Positions 1 through 14,852 of a DNA stretch of 64,000 nt are shown piece after piece. The translations under genes were made by a program, and so were the position numbers. The notes beneath the pieces are model-generated. The model saw nothing but the letters and a program-made list of their open reading frames with translations, made no database searches and was not told the DNA's origin. Source of the DNA: Eledone cirrhosa (taxonomy: Eukaryota); the NCBI GenBank assembly GCA_964016885.1, contig OZ024743.1, positions 146,320,001 through 146,384,000 of the forward strand. The letters are read 5' to 3'. Positions within the stretch are counted from its first letter, which is position 1, and each line of letters opens with the position of its first letter.

Positions 1-329
1 GTTGCAATTCTTGGCAGAAAGAGCAATATGAAATACAGTGTCTTGCTCAAGGATAAAACACATTGCCCAGTCTGGGAATCGAACTTGCAACCTCATGATT
101 CATCATCATCATCATCATCATCATCATCGTTTAATGTCTATCTTCCACGCTAGCAAGAATCCCAATCTCTAACCACTAAACCATGTGCCTTCACAAGGAC
201 AGATATAGAGCTGTTAAATGTTTCTGTTGTATCTTTTTGTAGTCCCAATGTACTGGAAGATCTTGTTTATGGTTGGTAGATCCTTGACAATATACTGCAC
301 CTCCAATCTATACTAATATAACAATATAA

Positions 330-605
330 AGTAATACATGTAGAGCTGTTACTTCTCTGAATTGAGAGATCACAGCTTTGATACTATGGACATGTGGCTA
401 GAATGTCTCAGGAAAGAATTGCTTGACAGATTTTATGGGCAAAACCAACTGGTAGGAGACCCAAGCGTAGACCCTGAGCAAGATGGTTAGATAACATCCA
501 TGAGCTTGGTCATGCTTGGGGATCCAGCCGGATTATTTGGAGATGGTTTCTTCTGACAGGACCCACTGGTAAGAGTATCTGAGGATTCTGCCCCCACGAA
601 GAAGA
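330..605 (+). mobile_element. Degraded 3' fragment of an RTE-like LINE (related copy on minus strand ~61245-61590)
   Basis: Frames resembling ERSQLxYYGHVARM and RPxxRWLD of the RTE C-terminus, followed by a short GAA tail. Confidence 0.55.
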
Positions 606-700
606 AGTAATACATGTATGCAAAAAGTAAACAGAAATAACAAAGCAAACAACACAGTACAATGAAGAAATATATTATTTTAACTCTTGATATAGTAGGA

Positions 701-745
701 AAAGAGTTTTTACATTTCAGACACTAGTCCTTCATCAGAAGAAAT
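701..745 (-). ncRNA. Degenerate minimal type I hammerhead motif in a PLE-like pLTR fragment (~620-830)
   Basis: Minus strand reads CUGAUGA-A-GGAC(UAGU)GUCU-GAAA-UGUA; stem I pairing is weak. The 3' tail of the same family recurs at ~32135-32198. Confidence 0.5.
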
Positions 746-1009
746 AAAAGTTGAAATAGAAAGATAAAGAGTGAGAAGAGGAAGGAACAGAGAAATAATT
801 GAAAAAAATAGCATGTGTGTATTCAGTCAGCCATTTTACTTTGCTTGTTTTGAATTGTAAAATCCATGCATTAATGGAAGGGGATTACATACATGTAGGT
901 GTGTATATATGTAAACATTTCTATTTAAAACTAAATGAAGATATATCTTGTGATATTTCCATCTGCTTTTTAATGTTGGCATTTATTGGCTTGAGTCAGT
1001 TCTTATTTG

Positions 1010-1250
1010 TTAACCTTTTATCATAAAAAACAGCCGTGTCTGACCAGAATTCTATCCCCTCTTTCTATTCCAACCAGCCTTAACCGGCTGCTTATACCAA
1101 TGTTAAGGTATTGTTCTCAAAATAAATTATATCAAAATCTCATAGATTCGATATTATGTGAGATAATTATGTGAGGTAAAGCCTTTACTGTGAAAATATG
1201 ACAGTATATATTATAGTATATATATAGTAATGTAAATACTAAAGGGTTAA
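1010..1250. mobile_element. piggyBac-type MITE (other copies 2149-2724, 2869-4270, 19336-19913)
   Basis: Family TIR CCCTTTAGCATT...AATGCTAAAGGG (degenerate in this copy) bounded by TTAA at both ends; four homologous copies, three with nested insertions. Confidence 0.8.
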
Positions 1251-1270
1251 ATGACTATGACCCACTCATA

Positions 1271-1437
1271 TGAGGGTGGGCTGAAAAGTTCATAGGCTGA
1301 CTACGAAATTTTGTATGCATTAATTTAAACTCTTCTTATTAATAACTGCATTGTTTCTTTCCAGGGACTATGTTGAAAAATAAACCCCATTTGGTCATTC
1401 CATGGGAATCAGTCTATGAAATTTTCAGCCGACCTTG
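1271..1437. mobile_element. Mariner-derived MITE (opposite-orientation copy 19978-20175)
   Basis: TIR TGAGGGTGGGCTGAAAAGTTCATAG / CTATGAAATTTTCAGCCGACCTTG flanked by TA. Confidence 0.7.
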
Positions 1438-1714
1438 TATGATCCAACTTTTGGCATGGTTTGTATGGCTGGATGTTCTTAATTATCATCCTTTAATGTC
1501 TGTTTTCCCACCCAGCAATGGTTGTGACCTGATCCATCCCTGTGATCCCCACTTTCACTAGCACTTCCGAACTGCTATCCTCACCCTCACTGTACCCCCC
1601 CCCCACCCCAGTAGCACATCTTTGCTACTCTCTTCTTGTAAACCTGTAGATACTCTCACTAACACACCCTTGTAGCTACTCTTTCTACCCCTTAGTTATT
1701 TTTCCATCACTACA

Positions 1715-1970
1715 CTCTATATGCATATGGGATTTAATTTCTGGGGGAAAAAGTGCCAAGAAATCCCAGTGGAAGGAAGCTGCAGTAAAGGAAGACCAAG
1801 GATGACCTGTGCAAAGGTGTTTAGAGATGACCTCAAATTGCAGAAGTTCACTGAGGAGATGATGAAGGAACGTAATGAGTGGAGAGACGCTGTGCTGAAA
1901 AAGGCCTGTCCAACCCATGCAAGCATGGAAATGTGGATGTAAAATGATGAGGGTAATGATGATGATGATG
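1715..1970 (+). mobile_element. RTE LINE 3' end fragment
   Basis: KKCQEIPVEG..GRPRMT..DDLK..EWRDAV peptide followed by (GAT)n tail. Confidence 0.8.
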
Positions 1971-2347
1971 AATCCTGATTTGATGTTGTCAGAAAATAAT
2001 TTATTGTGAATTCTGTCTGTTTACATCAAAATTACGACACATATGTGCTATAAAAAGTTTGGCTGTTGTTTCTAGCGTTTTTTCAGACAGTAGAGTTATA
2101 TGATTTAGTGAAGACTCCTCCTTCAGTATTTGTTTCCTTGTACCTTTCTTAACCTTTTAGCATTTAAACCAGCTGTATCTGGCCAGAATTCTCTCACTTC
2201 TTTCTGTTCAAATTGGCCATAACTGGTCACTCATACTGATGTTAAGGTATTGTTCTCAAAATAAATAATATCAAAATCTCATAGATTCAATATTATGTGA
2301 GATAATTATGTGTGATAAAACCTTTATCACAAAAATAAAATAGTATT

Positions 2348-2689
2348 CATTTCATTTCATTTCATTTTACGTCCGCTTTTTCCCTGCTTGCAAGGGTGGG
2401 ACGGGAACTGATTTTGGCTTGATTTCTACAGCTGGATGCCCTTCCTAACACCAACCTCATTTACAGTGAGTGCTGGGTGCTTTTTTGCCATGGCACCTCC
2501 ACGACCACTTTGCAATGGAATGATAGGGACCCCAGTCCCTATCATCTCATTTCTACAGCTGAGTAAACTGGAGCAATGTGAAATAAAGTGTCTTGCTCAA
2601 GGAAACAACACATCACCCGGTCTGAGAATTGAACTCACAACCTTTCGATTGCAAGGCCAATGCTCTAACCACTAAGCCAAGTGCCTCCA
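2348..2689 (-). mobile_element. tRNA-derived SINE family A with RTE-derived 3' tail (copies 18798-19143 -, 19371-19718 +, 35981-36320 +, 63236-63573 -)
   Basis: Head GGAGGCACATGGCTTAGTGGTTAGAGC (A box) and GAGTTCAATTCTC (B box); tail ...GCAAGCAGGGAAAAGCGGACGTAAAATGA shared with the RTE end at 16966-17035. Confidence 0.9.
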
Positions 2690-2986
2690 GTATATGTAGA
2701 GTAATGTCAATGCTAAAGGGTTAATAATGCATGTTTTAAATGCATATTTTCAGGGATGCATTTTTAAAAGTGTAGACTAGATTGATGAAATTAATGTTTT
2801 TTTTTACTTAATTCAGAAACATTTTGCATAATTTAGGAAACCCTCAAATAGTTGCATGATGAAGTATTTTAAACCTTTAGCATTTAAACCCACTGTATCT
2901 GGCCAGAATCCTCTCACTCCTTGCTGTTCAAACTAACCGTAACTGGCCACTCATACTGATGTTAAGGTATTGTTCTCAAAATAAAT

Positions 2987-3178
2987 AATTGTTTCTACTT
3001 TTGGCACAAGGCCAGCAATTACGCCAGTATATTACTGGTACCTTATTTTATCGACCCCGTAAGGATGAAAGGCAAAGTTAACCTCGGTGGGAATTGAATT
3101 CAGATCATAAAGAGGCGTAACTCTATGCTACAAAGCATGGCGTCCGACGCTTTACTGATACTGCCAATCCACCGCCCT
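2987..3178 (-). mobile_element. tRNA-derived SINE family B with Nin/Deu-type central domain (also ~21070-21405, 22821-22925, 27080-27240, 33541-33985, 39140-39275, 57486-57663)
   Basis: TGGCAGTATCGGTAG A box, GAGTTCAAATCCC B box, core GAGGTTAACTTTGCCTTTCATCCTTACGGGGTCGATAAAATAAAGTACCAG; the 57486 copy has an ATTATACAA target duplication. Confidence 0.85.
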
Positions 3179-3230
3179 CAAAATAAATAATATCAAAATC
3201 TCGTAGATTCGATATTATGTGTGATAATTA

Positions 3231-4201
3231 TCTATATATATATAAAATAGACTAGGTGTGTGTATCTGTTTCCACATAACTTCTACAACTTGCAACTGAT
3301 TTTCTTCAAATGTGGCACAAACATGCATTATGTTACTGACCTTCGTACGAACTCATTACATTTTCAAATTTCTGTCTACTGCGCCCTCTATAAAAGAACA
3401 ACCGACTAAAAAAAAAATCATTTTTGTCAATAACTTCTACAGTTTACATCCAATTTCCTCCAAATTTGGAACAAACATGCATTATGTTCCTGACTTTATT
3501 TTGGACTCATAACATTTTGTTTGGTGCACCCTCTGGACCAAAAAAAAAGAATAAAAAAAACCCCTCATCATTATAACACCTACAGTTTGCAACCGATTTC
3601 CTTCAAATTTAGAACAACTATGCCTCATGTACCAAACATTATTTTGGACTAACCGATTTTTCGAGTTTTTATCTAATTCGGGCCCTGTGTGAGAAAAACT
3701 ATATTTAAAAAAGTATCGAGTTCAATAACTTCTACAGTTTACAGCTGATTTAATTCAAATTTGCACAAATTATGCATTGTGTTCTGTTTAATATTTTTTA
3801 CTCATAACATTTTAGTTGTTCTGCATACTGTAGTCCCTAGTAGTAGAAAATCAACTCAAACGGCCACCTCAATTGCATGGTTTACTGCTTGGTCCATGCG
3901 AGTTTATCGATTTTTCACCACTGGCATAGCATGTGATGCATTTCATAAGACATCGGTTGTACCAGAAAAAGCTTAACTGGTGAAAAAGAGTCAGAACGGA
4001 TCTATTGAAAAAGTCCCTGCCAATGGTTAGCAACAATAACACCAGGTGTTACTGGTTTATTTTTTTCACCAAAGAAGTAGGTCACAAACTACAACCTATG
4101 TTTCCGCTCCATGTGTGCAACTCACAATCATATTTGATATTTTATTTATACGTGTTACTACACTTTTGAAGTTTAATTTTTCCAATCCCATGCACTGCTA
4201 G
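3231..4201 (+). mobile_element. Non-autonomous Helitron
   Basis: Starts TC, ends CTAG, inserted between A and T of the piggyBac MITE with no TSD (compare the empty site GATAATTA|TGTG at ~1162-1175); internal degenerate ~130-150 bp repeats. Confidence 0.8.
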
Positions 4202-4442
4202 TGTAAGATAAAGCCTTTACCACAAAAATAGAATAGTATATATAGAGTAATGTAAATGCGAAAGGGTTAAGTGTATCCCACAGACTCTTGTACCCCTAAT
4301 ATAATATTGGGGCAGAATAAGCATAACATTGTGTGTATCAAGGCTGATACTTTGAAATACAGGTATAGTCCATTGAATAAGCTTCTACACAGTTTTTACT
4401 TAGTCAGATTTACTCACAACGCTTTAACCCAGGCCACTAAAC

Positions 4443-4811
4443 CAGAAGTTCTCAAACTTTTGGGGCCAGCACCTGCCAGACCATGTAACACCTTCAGCAC
4501 CTGCCAGACCATGTAATACCTTCAGCACCCCCCACCCCTATTTCCAGAGAGACCTGCCTACACACAAATTGTAAATATATAATAAAATAAATCGTTAATT
4601 TATATATAATAAATAATATGATATATACAATGTATAAATAAATATTATATATTTTTTATTTGACTATATTTATATATAATATGTATCATTTGATATTTAA
4701 TATACTATTATATCATCTCTACCATCCTCCACTGCCACATTAGGCCTCAGCGCCCCCTGGACTTTCTTAATGCCCTTCAAGGGTTGGTAGGGCTCACTTT
4801 GAGAACTTCTG
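4443..4811. mobile_element. hAT (Charlie-like) MITE
   Basis: TIR CAGAAGTTCTCAAA...TTTGAGAACTTCTG, 8-bp TSD CACTAAAC/CTCTAAAC. Confidence 0.85.
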
Positions 4812-5218
4812 CTCTAAACCAATGTACTGTATTCAATGGGTTTGAACCTGTGATTTTATGATTCTAATGCAAACTACACCATTCAGTCATGTTTGTACCG
4901 TATTTTACAAGAATGCTTCCAGACAAAGTTACTTAATGATATGAACATCTCTGACTTTTCTGTACATTATCATTGAGTAAAGATAGAATTGGATCTAATA
5001 TTAATAGCATTTACTCTGGTTATTGCCTCAAACATAAAACACTTATTGAACATTTTTCTATATTTTTCATTCTTTTATGTTTAGATACGTTTTGCTATTT
5101 TATGAAAAAAACGAAACAAAACAAAAAAATGTGTAAAAGTGTATCTATGAAAGTATATGTGAGCATGTCTGAGAGTTGATGAAGAATACCTCTTCATTGT
5201 GTCTTCTGGTATTATTGT

Positions 5219-5290
<72 letters not shown>

Positions 5291-5351
5291 CATATATATA
5301 TATATCACCATCATCATCATTTAACATCTATTTTTCCATGGTTGCATGGAC

Positions 5352-5387
<36 letters not shown>

Positions 5388-5514
5388 TATATGTGTGTGT
5401 GTGTTTGAGTCTATTTGTATATTTATGTGTGTGTATATATATATATATAAATATATGTATATAAATATACATATAGGAATATATATGTTTCTGCATATAA
5501 ATATATATATATAT

Positions 5515-5560
<46 letters not shown>

Positions 5561-5662
5561 ATGTATGTATGTATATATATATATTGATATATATATATAT
5601 TGATATATATATATATTGATATATATATATATATATTAATATATATATATATATATATATAT

Positions 5663-5762
<100 letters not shown>

Positions 5763-5833
5763 TAAAATAACAGATTAAAGTTTAAGGAAAGAATCGCTGC
5801 TTATATATATATATATATTGATATATATATATT

Positions 5834-5960
<127 letters not shown>

Positions 5961-5984
5961 CATATATATATATACATATATATA

Positions 5985-7260
<1,276 letters not shown>

Positions 7261-7276
7261 TGATATATATATATGC

Positions 7277-7598
7277 ATTGCCAGAGAACGTCTCTATGCA
7301 CCACCTAAGAGAACATTAGTCTACGACCTCTTTTATACCATAAACGTGGTTTTGTCTTTGCGCGTAATTGTTTTTCACCGCTCCTATTAATGACGTATTA
7401 TATTCGTTTTTTCCCGTTCTTTGCCAGCGAACGTTACCACGAACCAAAGTATCGTCTTCCTGTCTTCCTCCGGTTGCAACGTTTTTTGAAATATCCAGTT
7501 CTGCGTTTACAGATTGACTTTGTTAGTTTCAGAAGATCCCGTTAAGGGTGAAAGCAGCGATTCTTTGCTTAAACTTTAATCTGTTATTTTAATAAATA
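7277..7598 (+). mobile_element. Non-coding HHR-bearing interspersed repeat (longer copy 61791-62265 -, 3' fragments 46242-46314 +, 5758-5802 -)
   Basis: Near-identical dispersed copies sharing the same 3' end and abutting (TA)n. Confidence 0.85.
7509..7584 (+). ncRNA. Type I hammerhead-like motif, variant core CAGAAGA (U4A)
   Basis: AGUUU-CAGAAGA-U CCC(GUUAA)GGG U-GAA-AGCA...UGCU-U-AAACU plus distal ACAGAUU/AAUCUGU helix. Confidence 0.7.
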
Positions 7599-7637
7599 TT
7601 TATATACATATATATATATTAATATATATATATATAT

Positions 7638-7703
<66 letters not shown>

Positions 7704-8019
7704 ATATATATATATATATTGATATATATATATATATATAAGTAAATAATCGAGAATCAGAATCTCGGCCCACGAAATAACGATAAACAATCTTCGACAT
7801 GTGTGGCAGAGGGCTCAATAGTTTGGATAAACCAGAGCTATAACTATCGTTAAAATACCAACACATAGAGACGATGCCTAAAATCATTCACACAGCGGAA
7901 AAAAATGACCAGGAAAATTCGGGTCACTCAAATAATAAATTAATAAATTAATAAATTATATATATATATATATTGATATATATATATATATATATTGATA
8001 TATATATATATATATATAT

Positions 8020-8055
<36 letters not shown>

Positions 8056-8133
8056 ATATATATATATATATTGATATATATATATATATATTGATATATA
8101 TATATATATATATTGATATATATATATATATAT

Positions 8134-8187
<54 letters not shown>

Positions 8188-8440
8188 ATATATATATATA
8201 TTGATATATATATATATATTGATATATATATATATTGATATATGTAGATAAATCTACCAAGAGTTTACGGTAGTGTCCAATCCGTATGAAGAACTCAATG
8301 TATTCCGGATATCATGGAAAGAAGAGATGTAATGAAAAATCACTTTCGGTGAAAGATAAACGGTATACAGAGTCAAGATAAAATATTAAACAAATAATGA
8401 ATAAAACAATGAAACAGTTCCTTATATTAAACAAAAAAAG

Positions 8441-8594
8441 TTCATTATTTAACGATCGTTTCTAGGATATATATGTGTTAGAATTGGCATGCATATTCAA
8501 CAGATCTATGTACAAAATTATACAAAATTATACAAACTATCAAGATTAAATATACATATCAACACATATATACGCCGTCTTCAGAAATAATGAA
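8441..8594 (-). ncRNA. Type I hammerhead with ~115-nt stem II domain
   Basis: UUCAUUAUUU-CUGAAGA-[long rod]-GAA-ACGAUCGU-U-AAAUAAUGAA; 10-bp stem I, palindromic stem III. Confidence 0.75.
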
Positions 8595-9231
8595 ATATAT
8601 TTATTGATAATAACAACAATTCAAAATTTCAGGTCCGTTTGGGAACAAAATTGACCAATGAAAATACAAAAGGTTTTATGCAGTTCGGTGTGTGTATATA
8701 CATGTAACTACCCTTACACATATTTTACAAAAATGTATGCTCAACATGTATACGCATACCAAAAGGATGGATGCAAATACAAAATTTCAAGGTTAATGTC
8801 TCTGTAAGTTTATAATGCACAGATAAGATGCGTATAGACACATAAATATGAAATAAGTGTATATACATATTCTCATACTCACACATATCCGTACAATCAC
8901 ACACACGCGCGCGTATATGCATAAACATACACATAATTACGAACATACAAACACACACACACCCCCACTCACATATATATATGTGGATATAATATCATAA
9001 GCACATGGATATTAATTCACTCACATAAACACTGTCACACACATTTAGATCAAGATACAGAAATTAGGTGGGAGGGGGGGAGAGGTCAGTATTCAACGGT
9101 TTGGGCAGACTGCTTATTATAGATGTATCTATAAACTAAGAAAATAAAAAATAAAAATTAAAAAGGAAAGAAAGGAAAAGAAAAAAGAAAAAAGAAATAT
9201 ATCAAGAAAATATATATATATATATATATAT

Positions 9232-9283
<52 letters not shown>

Positions 9284-9380
9284 ACATACATACATATACA
9301 CACATCCACACTTAGAACATACATACACACACATATATAAACATATACATATACACACATACACACATATACACATATAC

Positions 9381-9429
<49 letters not shown>

Positions 9430-9710
9430 TATATACACACACAATCACACATACTATATAGACACACATATATATACACACATACACGCACATATACATA
9501 CACATACATACTTATATACATACAGATATACACATACATACCTATATATAGACGCAAATTCATACAGATATACATACATACATACACACAAATACTTACG
9601 CATCCATATATCGGTATATACATACAAACACCACTACACTCTCTCACAACTCAGACATACAAAGAAAAAGGTATACACCTATATACATATACATATACAA
9701 ATAGAGATAC

Positions 9711-9779
<69 letters not shown>

Positions 9780-9960
9780 CACATATACACACATATACAT
9801 ACATACACATACATACATGTACACACACATACATATACACACATACACATACATACATACATATATAGTCATACACACACATACACCTACACGAACATAC
9901 ACATACACATATATAAAGATATATAAACACACACACATACACACACACACATATATATAT

Positions 9961-10042
<82 letters not shown>

Positions 10043-10595
10043 TACACACATACATAGACATATATGTACATACATACACATACATACATACATACACACA
10101 CATATATACATATATATACACACATAGACACATACATACATACACACACATATATACTCATACATAGAATTAGATATATATTCATACATACATACGCACT
10201 TACATATACTCATATATACAAATACATACGCATCCATATATGCGTATATACATACAAACACCACTACACCCTCACACAACTCAGACATACAAAGAAAAAG
10301 GCATATACATATACATATATACACGCATTAATAGAGATATATATACACATATATATATATATATATATATACACATACATTTATATATATACACCCACAC
10401 ACACATACAACCATAAACACACATACAAAACATACAAACACACACATACACATATATATACACATACATATATATACACACACACAAAAAACAGACATAC
10501 ATATATATATTTTTTTACACATATATATACACATATATGTACATATACACACCCTCACATATACACACATACACATAAGATATATTATAATAATA

Positions 10596-10636
<41 letters not shown>

Positions 10637-10887
10637 CGAATATAGACATATATACACACATAGATATATATATATATATACATATACACACACACACACA
10701 CACACTCACATATATATGTGTGTGCGCACACGCACATACATACACATACACACATATACACGTAAACACATACATGTGCATACATGCACATACACACATA
10801 TACCCACATAGATACGAAGATAGACATATAAATAGAGAGACATACATATATATACACACACATATATACATACATACATACACACAT

Positions 10888-10924
<37 letters not shown>

Positions 10925-11758
10925 CATACACACATACACGCCCACACACATATACACATATACACATATATATACACACACACACATACACATACACATA
11001 TATATACACATGCATATATACACATATATATATACACATACACACATATATATACACACAATCTTACATTCTTATTTGCATGCGCATATATGTATTTTTA
11101 TATTCAGATATAAATACCCAAACATATATACACCTACCTACATATATATTCATACATACACGCTTACAAACACAGATGATAATAGTATGGGGGAAAGGGG
11201 GGGGGTTTGGAGAAGGGGATTATAGTAAATATATGTTTCAAGAAACATAGAATATTATCTGTATCTGGATCCAATGTATGTTTTTACATAGTTTCAGTGT
11301 TAGGAAATACAAGAAATAAGGCAAAATTTATGCATCTCAAAATAAATAAGTATACCATTAATTATATGTTAACTAAACTAAAGATAGTTAACATATTGAT
11401 TTCTAAGGTGTAAATTAGTTAGATTTATAATATTTGAAGCAGAATTTTGAAGTTAAATAGTAGTAGAGTATTAATTATAGTATAACTAAATTAAAGTTAA
11501 TAACGTTATGGTATCAATATTAGGAAATGAATATAGTAATAGGGAAAAAAACAAATAAAGTATTACATCGGTAGTAGAATATAAATTATAGTTTAACTAA
11601 ATTAAAAATTATATATTAATTTCTATAGTATATGTTAATTAGGTATATAATAAATAAAACAGATATTGTATTTTATCAATAGCAGAATATAATTATATGC
11701 AAATAGAAATCAAAATTAATACATATACATATACATATACATACACATATATATATAC

Positions 11759-11805
<47 letters not shown>

Positions 11806-12279
11806 TACACATACATATACATACATACATATACATATTTTTTCAAAAATTGCAAAGAATATATTAACTAGGTATATATCCAAAACACATCCCATTCTAT
11901 GATTACATGACATTCTGCAATCCGTCTGTATAAGGATACTAATTTTAAGCCAATTAAATTAAATTTTTAGGTTGACTAAATTTAAAACCAAATTATAAAT
12001 ATATTTCTAAAATGTATATTAATTAGGTCTATAATACTAAAAATTATTTCTCTGTCATTGGATACACGATATTTTGTTATATTTTATCTGTAAAGGAATT
12101 TTAATAAAAGGTTTAAATAAATTAAAATTAATCTATAAATTAAATTACTAATATTTAAAGGTTTTTCACAATTTATGATTACACAATATTTTATATTCTC
12201 ATCTGTAATAGAATTTTAATTAAATTAAATTTATAGGTTAACTAACATTTAAATTAAATTAATTTCTAAAATAATGTTA

Positions 12280-12903
12280 TTAATTAGGTTTATAATATTT
12301 AAATGTTTTTTTTAGTTTATGATTACACGATATAATTAATTCCTGTCGTTTATTTAATAGGATATCCTTAGATTTCATTATTTCAAATAGTTCTTGGGAA
12401 CATAATCTACATTCATTTCTATTATTTTGATAAGGGGTGGCTCTTTTGAGCACACTCCAGGTCAAATCATATTCTATATTCTTATTTTTATAACTATTGA
12501 TTTTTTCTGCTAGAGATGTTGTATTAGCCAGTGCGGCATTTTTAAAACTATGCTTGTGGGTATTAAACCTTGTCTTAAAATTGTTAGAGGTAGCTCCTAT
12601 ATATGAGCAAATAGAATCTTTAGTTTTAACATTACATTTATAGACTATGTTGTTAACAAGACAATTCCCTTTTAATGGGCAGTTTGCTTTGTTTCTACAG
12701 TTACAACCTTTCGTTAATTCTGTATTTGAGGAGATATTATGGTTAATTTGATGTACTGGTGGTATACTTATGGTTTTCTTACATTTATATGCATTATAGG
12801 CACTTATATTTTGTTTTATGTTATTTGTTGTAGAGTATGAGAATTTAACTGTAGACCTATTTAAGATTTGATGGTATTTGTGGTTTGGCGGGAAGTTTTT
12901 CTC
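12280..12903 (-). CDS. PLE polyprotein C-terminus: linker, Cys motif and GIY-YIG endonuclease (open frame, 5'-truncated, no start codon)
   Basis: Manual translation [24 protein letters not shown]...[24 protein letters not shown]...[20 protein letters not shown]...CRLCSQE...[14 protein letters not shown] with no stops. Confidence 0.9.
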   Translation of the reverse strand, partial: EKNFPPNHKYHQILNRSTVKFSYSTTNNIKQNISAYNAYKCKKTISIPPVHQINHNISSNTELTKGCNCRNKANCPLKGNCLVNNIVYKCNVKTKDSICSYIGATSNNFKTRFNTHKHSFKNAALANTTSLAEKINSYKNKNIEYDLTWSVLKRATPYQNNRNECRLCSQELFEIMKSKDILLNKRQELIISCNHKLKKTFKYYKPN

Positions 12904-13113
12904 TAGAGTGTAGTGGTGTTTGTATGTATATACCGATATATGGATGCGTAAGTATTTGTGTGTATGTATGTATGTATATCTGTATGAATTTGCGTCTATA
13001 TATAGGTATGTATGTGTATATCTGTATGTATATAAGTATGTATGTGTATGTATATGTGCGTGTATGTGTGTATATATATGTGTGTCTATATAGTATGTGT
13101 GATTGTGTGTGTA

Positions 13114-13164
<51 letters not shown>

Positions 13165-13261
13165 GTATATGTGTATATGTGTGTATGTGTGTATATGTAT
13201 ATGTTTATATATGTGTGTGTATGTATGTTCTAAGTGTGGATGTGTGTATATGTATGTATGT

Positions 13262-13358
<97 letters not shown>

Positions 13359-13971
13359 CTTGATATATTTCTTTTTTCTTTTTTCTTTTCCTTTCTTTCC
13401 TTTTTAATTTTTATTTTTTATTTTCTTAGTTTATAGATACATCTATAATAAGCAGTCTGCCCAAACCGTTGAATACTGACCTCTCCCCCCCCTCCCACCT
13501 AATTTCTGTATCTTGATCTAAATGTGTGTGACAGTGTTTATGTGAGTGAATTAATATCCATGTGCTTATGATATTATATCCACATATATATATGTGAGTG
13601 GGGGTGTGTGTGTGTTTGTATGTTCGTAATTATGTGTATGTTTATGCATATACGCGCGCGTGTGTGTGATTGTACGGATATGTGTGAGTATGAGAATATG
13701 TATATACACTTATTTCATATTTATGTGTCTATACGCATCTTATCTGTGTATTATAAACTTACAGAGACATTAACCTTGAAATTTTGTATTTGCATCCATC
13801 CTTTTGGTATGCGTATACATGTTGAGCATACATTTTTGTAAAATATGTGTAAGGGTAGTTACATGTATATACACACACCGAACTGCATAAAACCTTTTGT
13901 ATTTTCATTGGTCAATTTTGTTCCCAAACGGACCTGAAATTTTGAATTGTTGTTATTATCAATAAATATAT

Positions 13972-14125
13972 TTCATTATTTCTTAAGACGGCGTATATAT
14001 GTGTTGGTATGTATATTTAATCTTGATAGTTTGTATAATTTTGTATAATTTTGTACATAGATCTGTTGAATATGCATGCCAATTCTAACACATATATATC
14101 CTAGAAACGATCGTTAAATAATGAA
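13972..14125 (+). ncRNA. Inverted-arm copy of the long-stem-II hammerhead, core mutated (CUUAAGA)
   Basis: Reverse complement of 8441-8594 with a G5U change. Confidence 0.65.
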
Positions 14126-14190
14126 CTTTTTTTGTTTAATATAAGGAACTGTTTCATTGTTTTATTCATTATTTGTTTAATATTTTATAT

Positions 14191-14290
<100 letters not shown>

Positions 14291-14416
14291 ATATATATAT
14301 ATATATATATATATATCAATATATATATATATTGATATATATATATATTGATATATATATATATATATTGATATATATATATATATATATATATATTGAT
14401 ATATATATATATATAT

Positions 14417-14450
<34 letters not shown>

Positions 14451-14594
14451 ATATATATATATATATCAATATATATATATATATATATATTGATATATAT
14501 ATATATATATTGATATATATATATATTGATATATATATATTGATATATATATATTAATATATATATATATATATATTGATATATATATATCTTG

Positions 14595-14634
<40 letters not shown>

Positions 14635-14642
14635 ATATATAT

Positions 14643-14681
<39 letters not shown>

Positions 14682-14852
14682 AATATACAAACATACAAAC
14701 ATAATGATGTTGCTATATATATATATATATATATATTGATATATATATATATATATTGATATATATATATTGATATATATATATATATATATATATATTG
14801 ATATATATATATATATTGATATATATATATATATTGATATATATATATATAT

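Larger units (their letters stand above)
8240..14190 (-). mobile_element. Penelope-like element (Naiad-like), 5'-truncated, with inverted pseudo-LTR
   Basis: GIY-YIG ORF end at 12280-12903, ~4 kb 3' region, inverted repeat 8378-9642 / 12905-14188 carrying an HHR. Confidence 0.85.

Noticed and set aside
5177-5207. UUGAUGA followed by a hairpin, as a possible HHR
   Set aside because: No GAAA or closing stems
7741-7957. TA-flanked 215-bp island with small hairpins
   Set aside because: Probably another element tail; no ribozyme core and no clear second copy in the window
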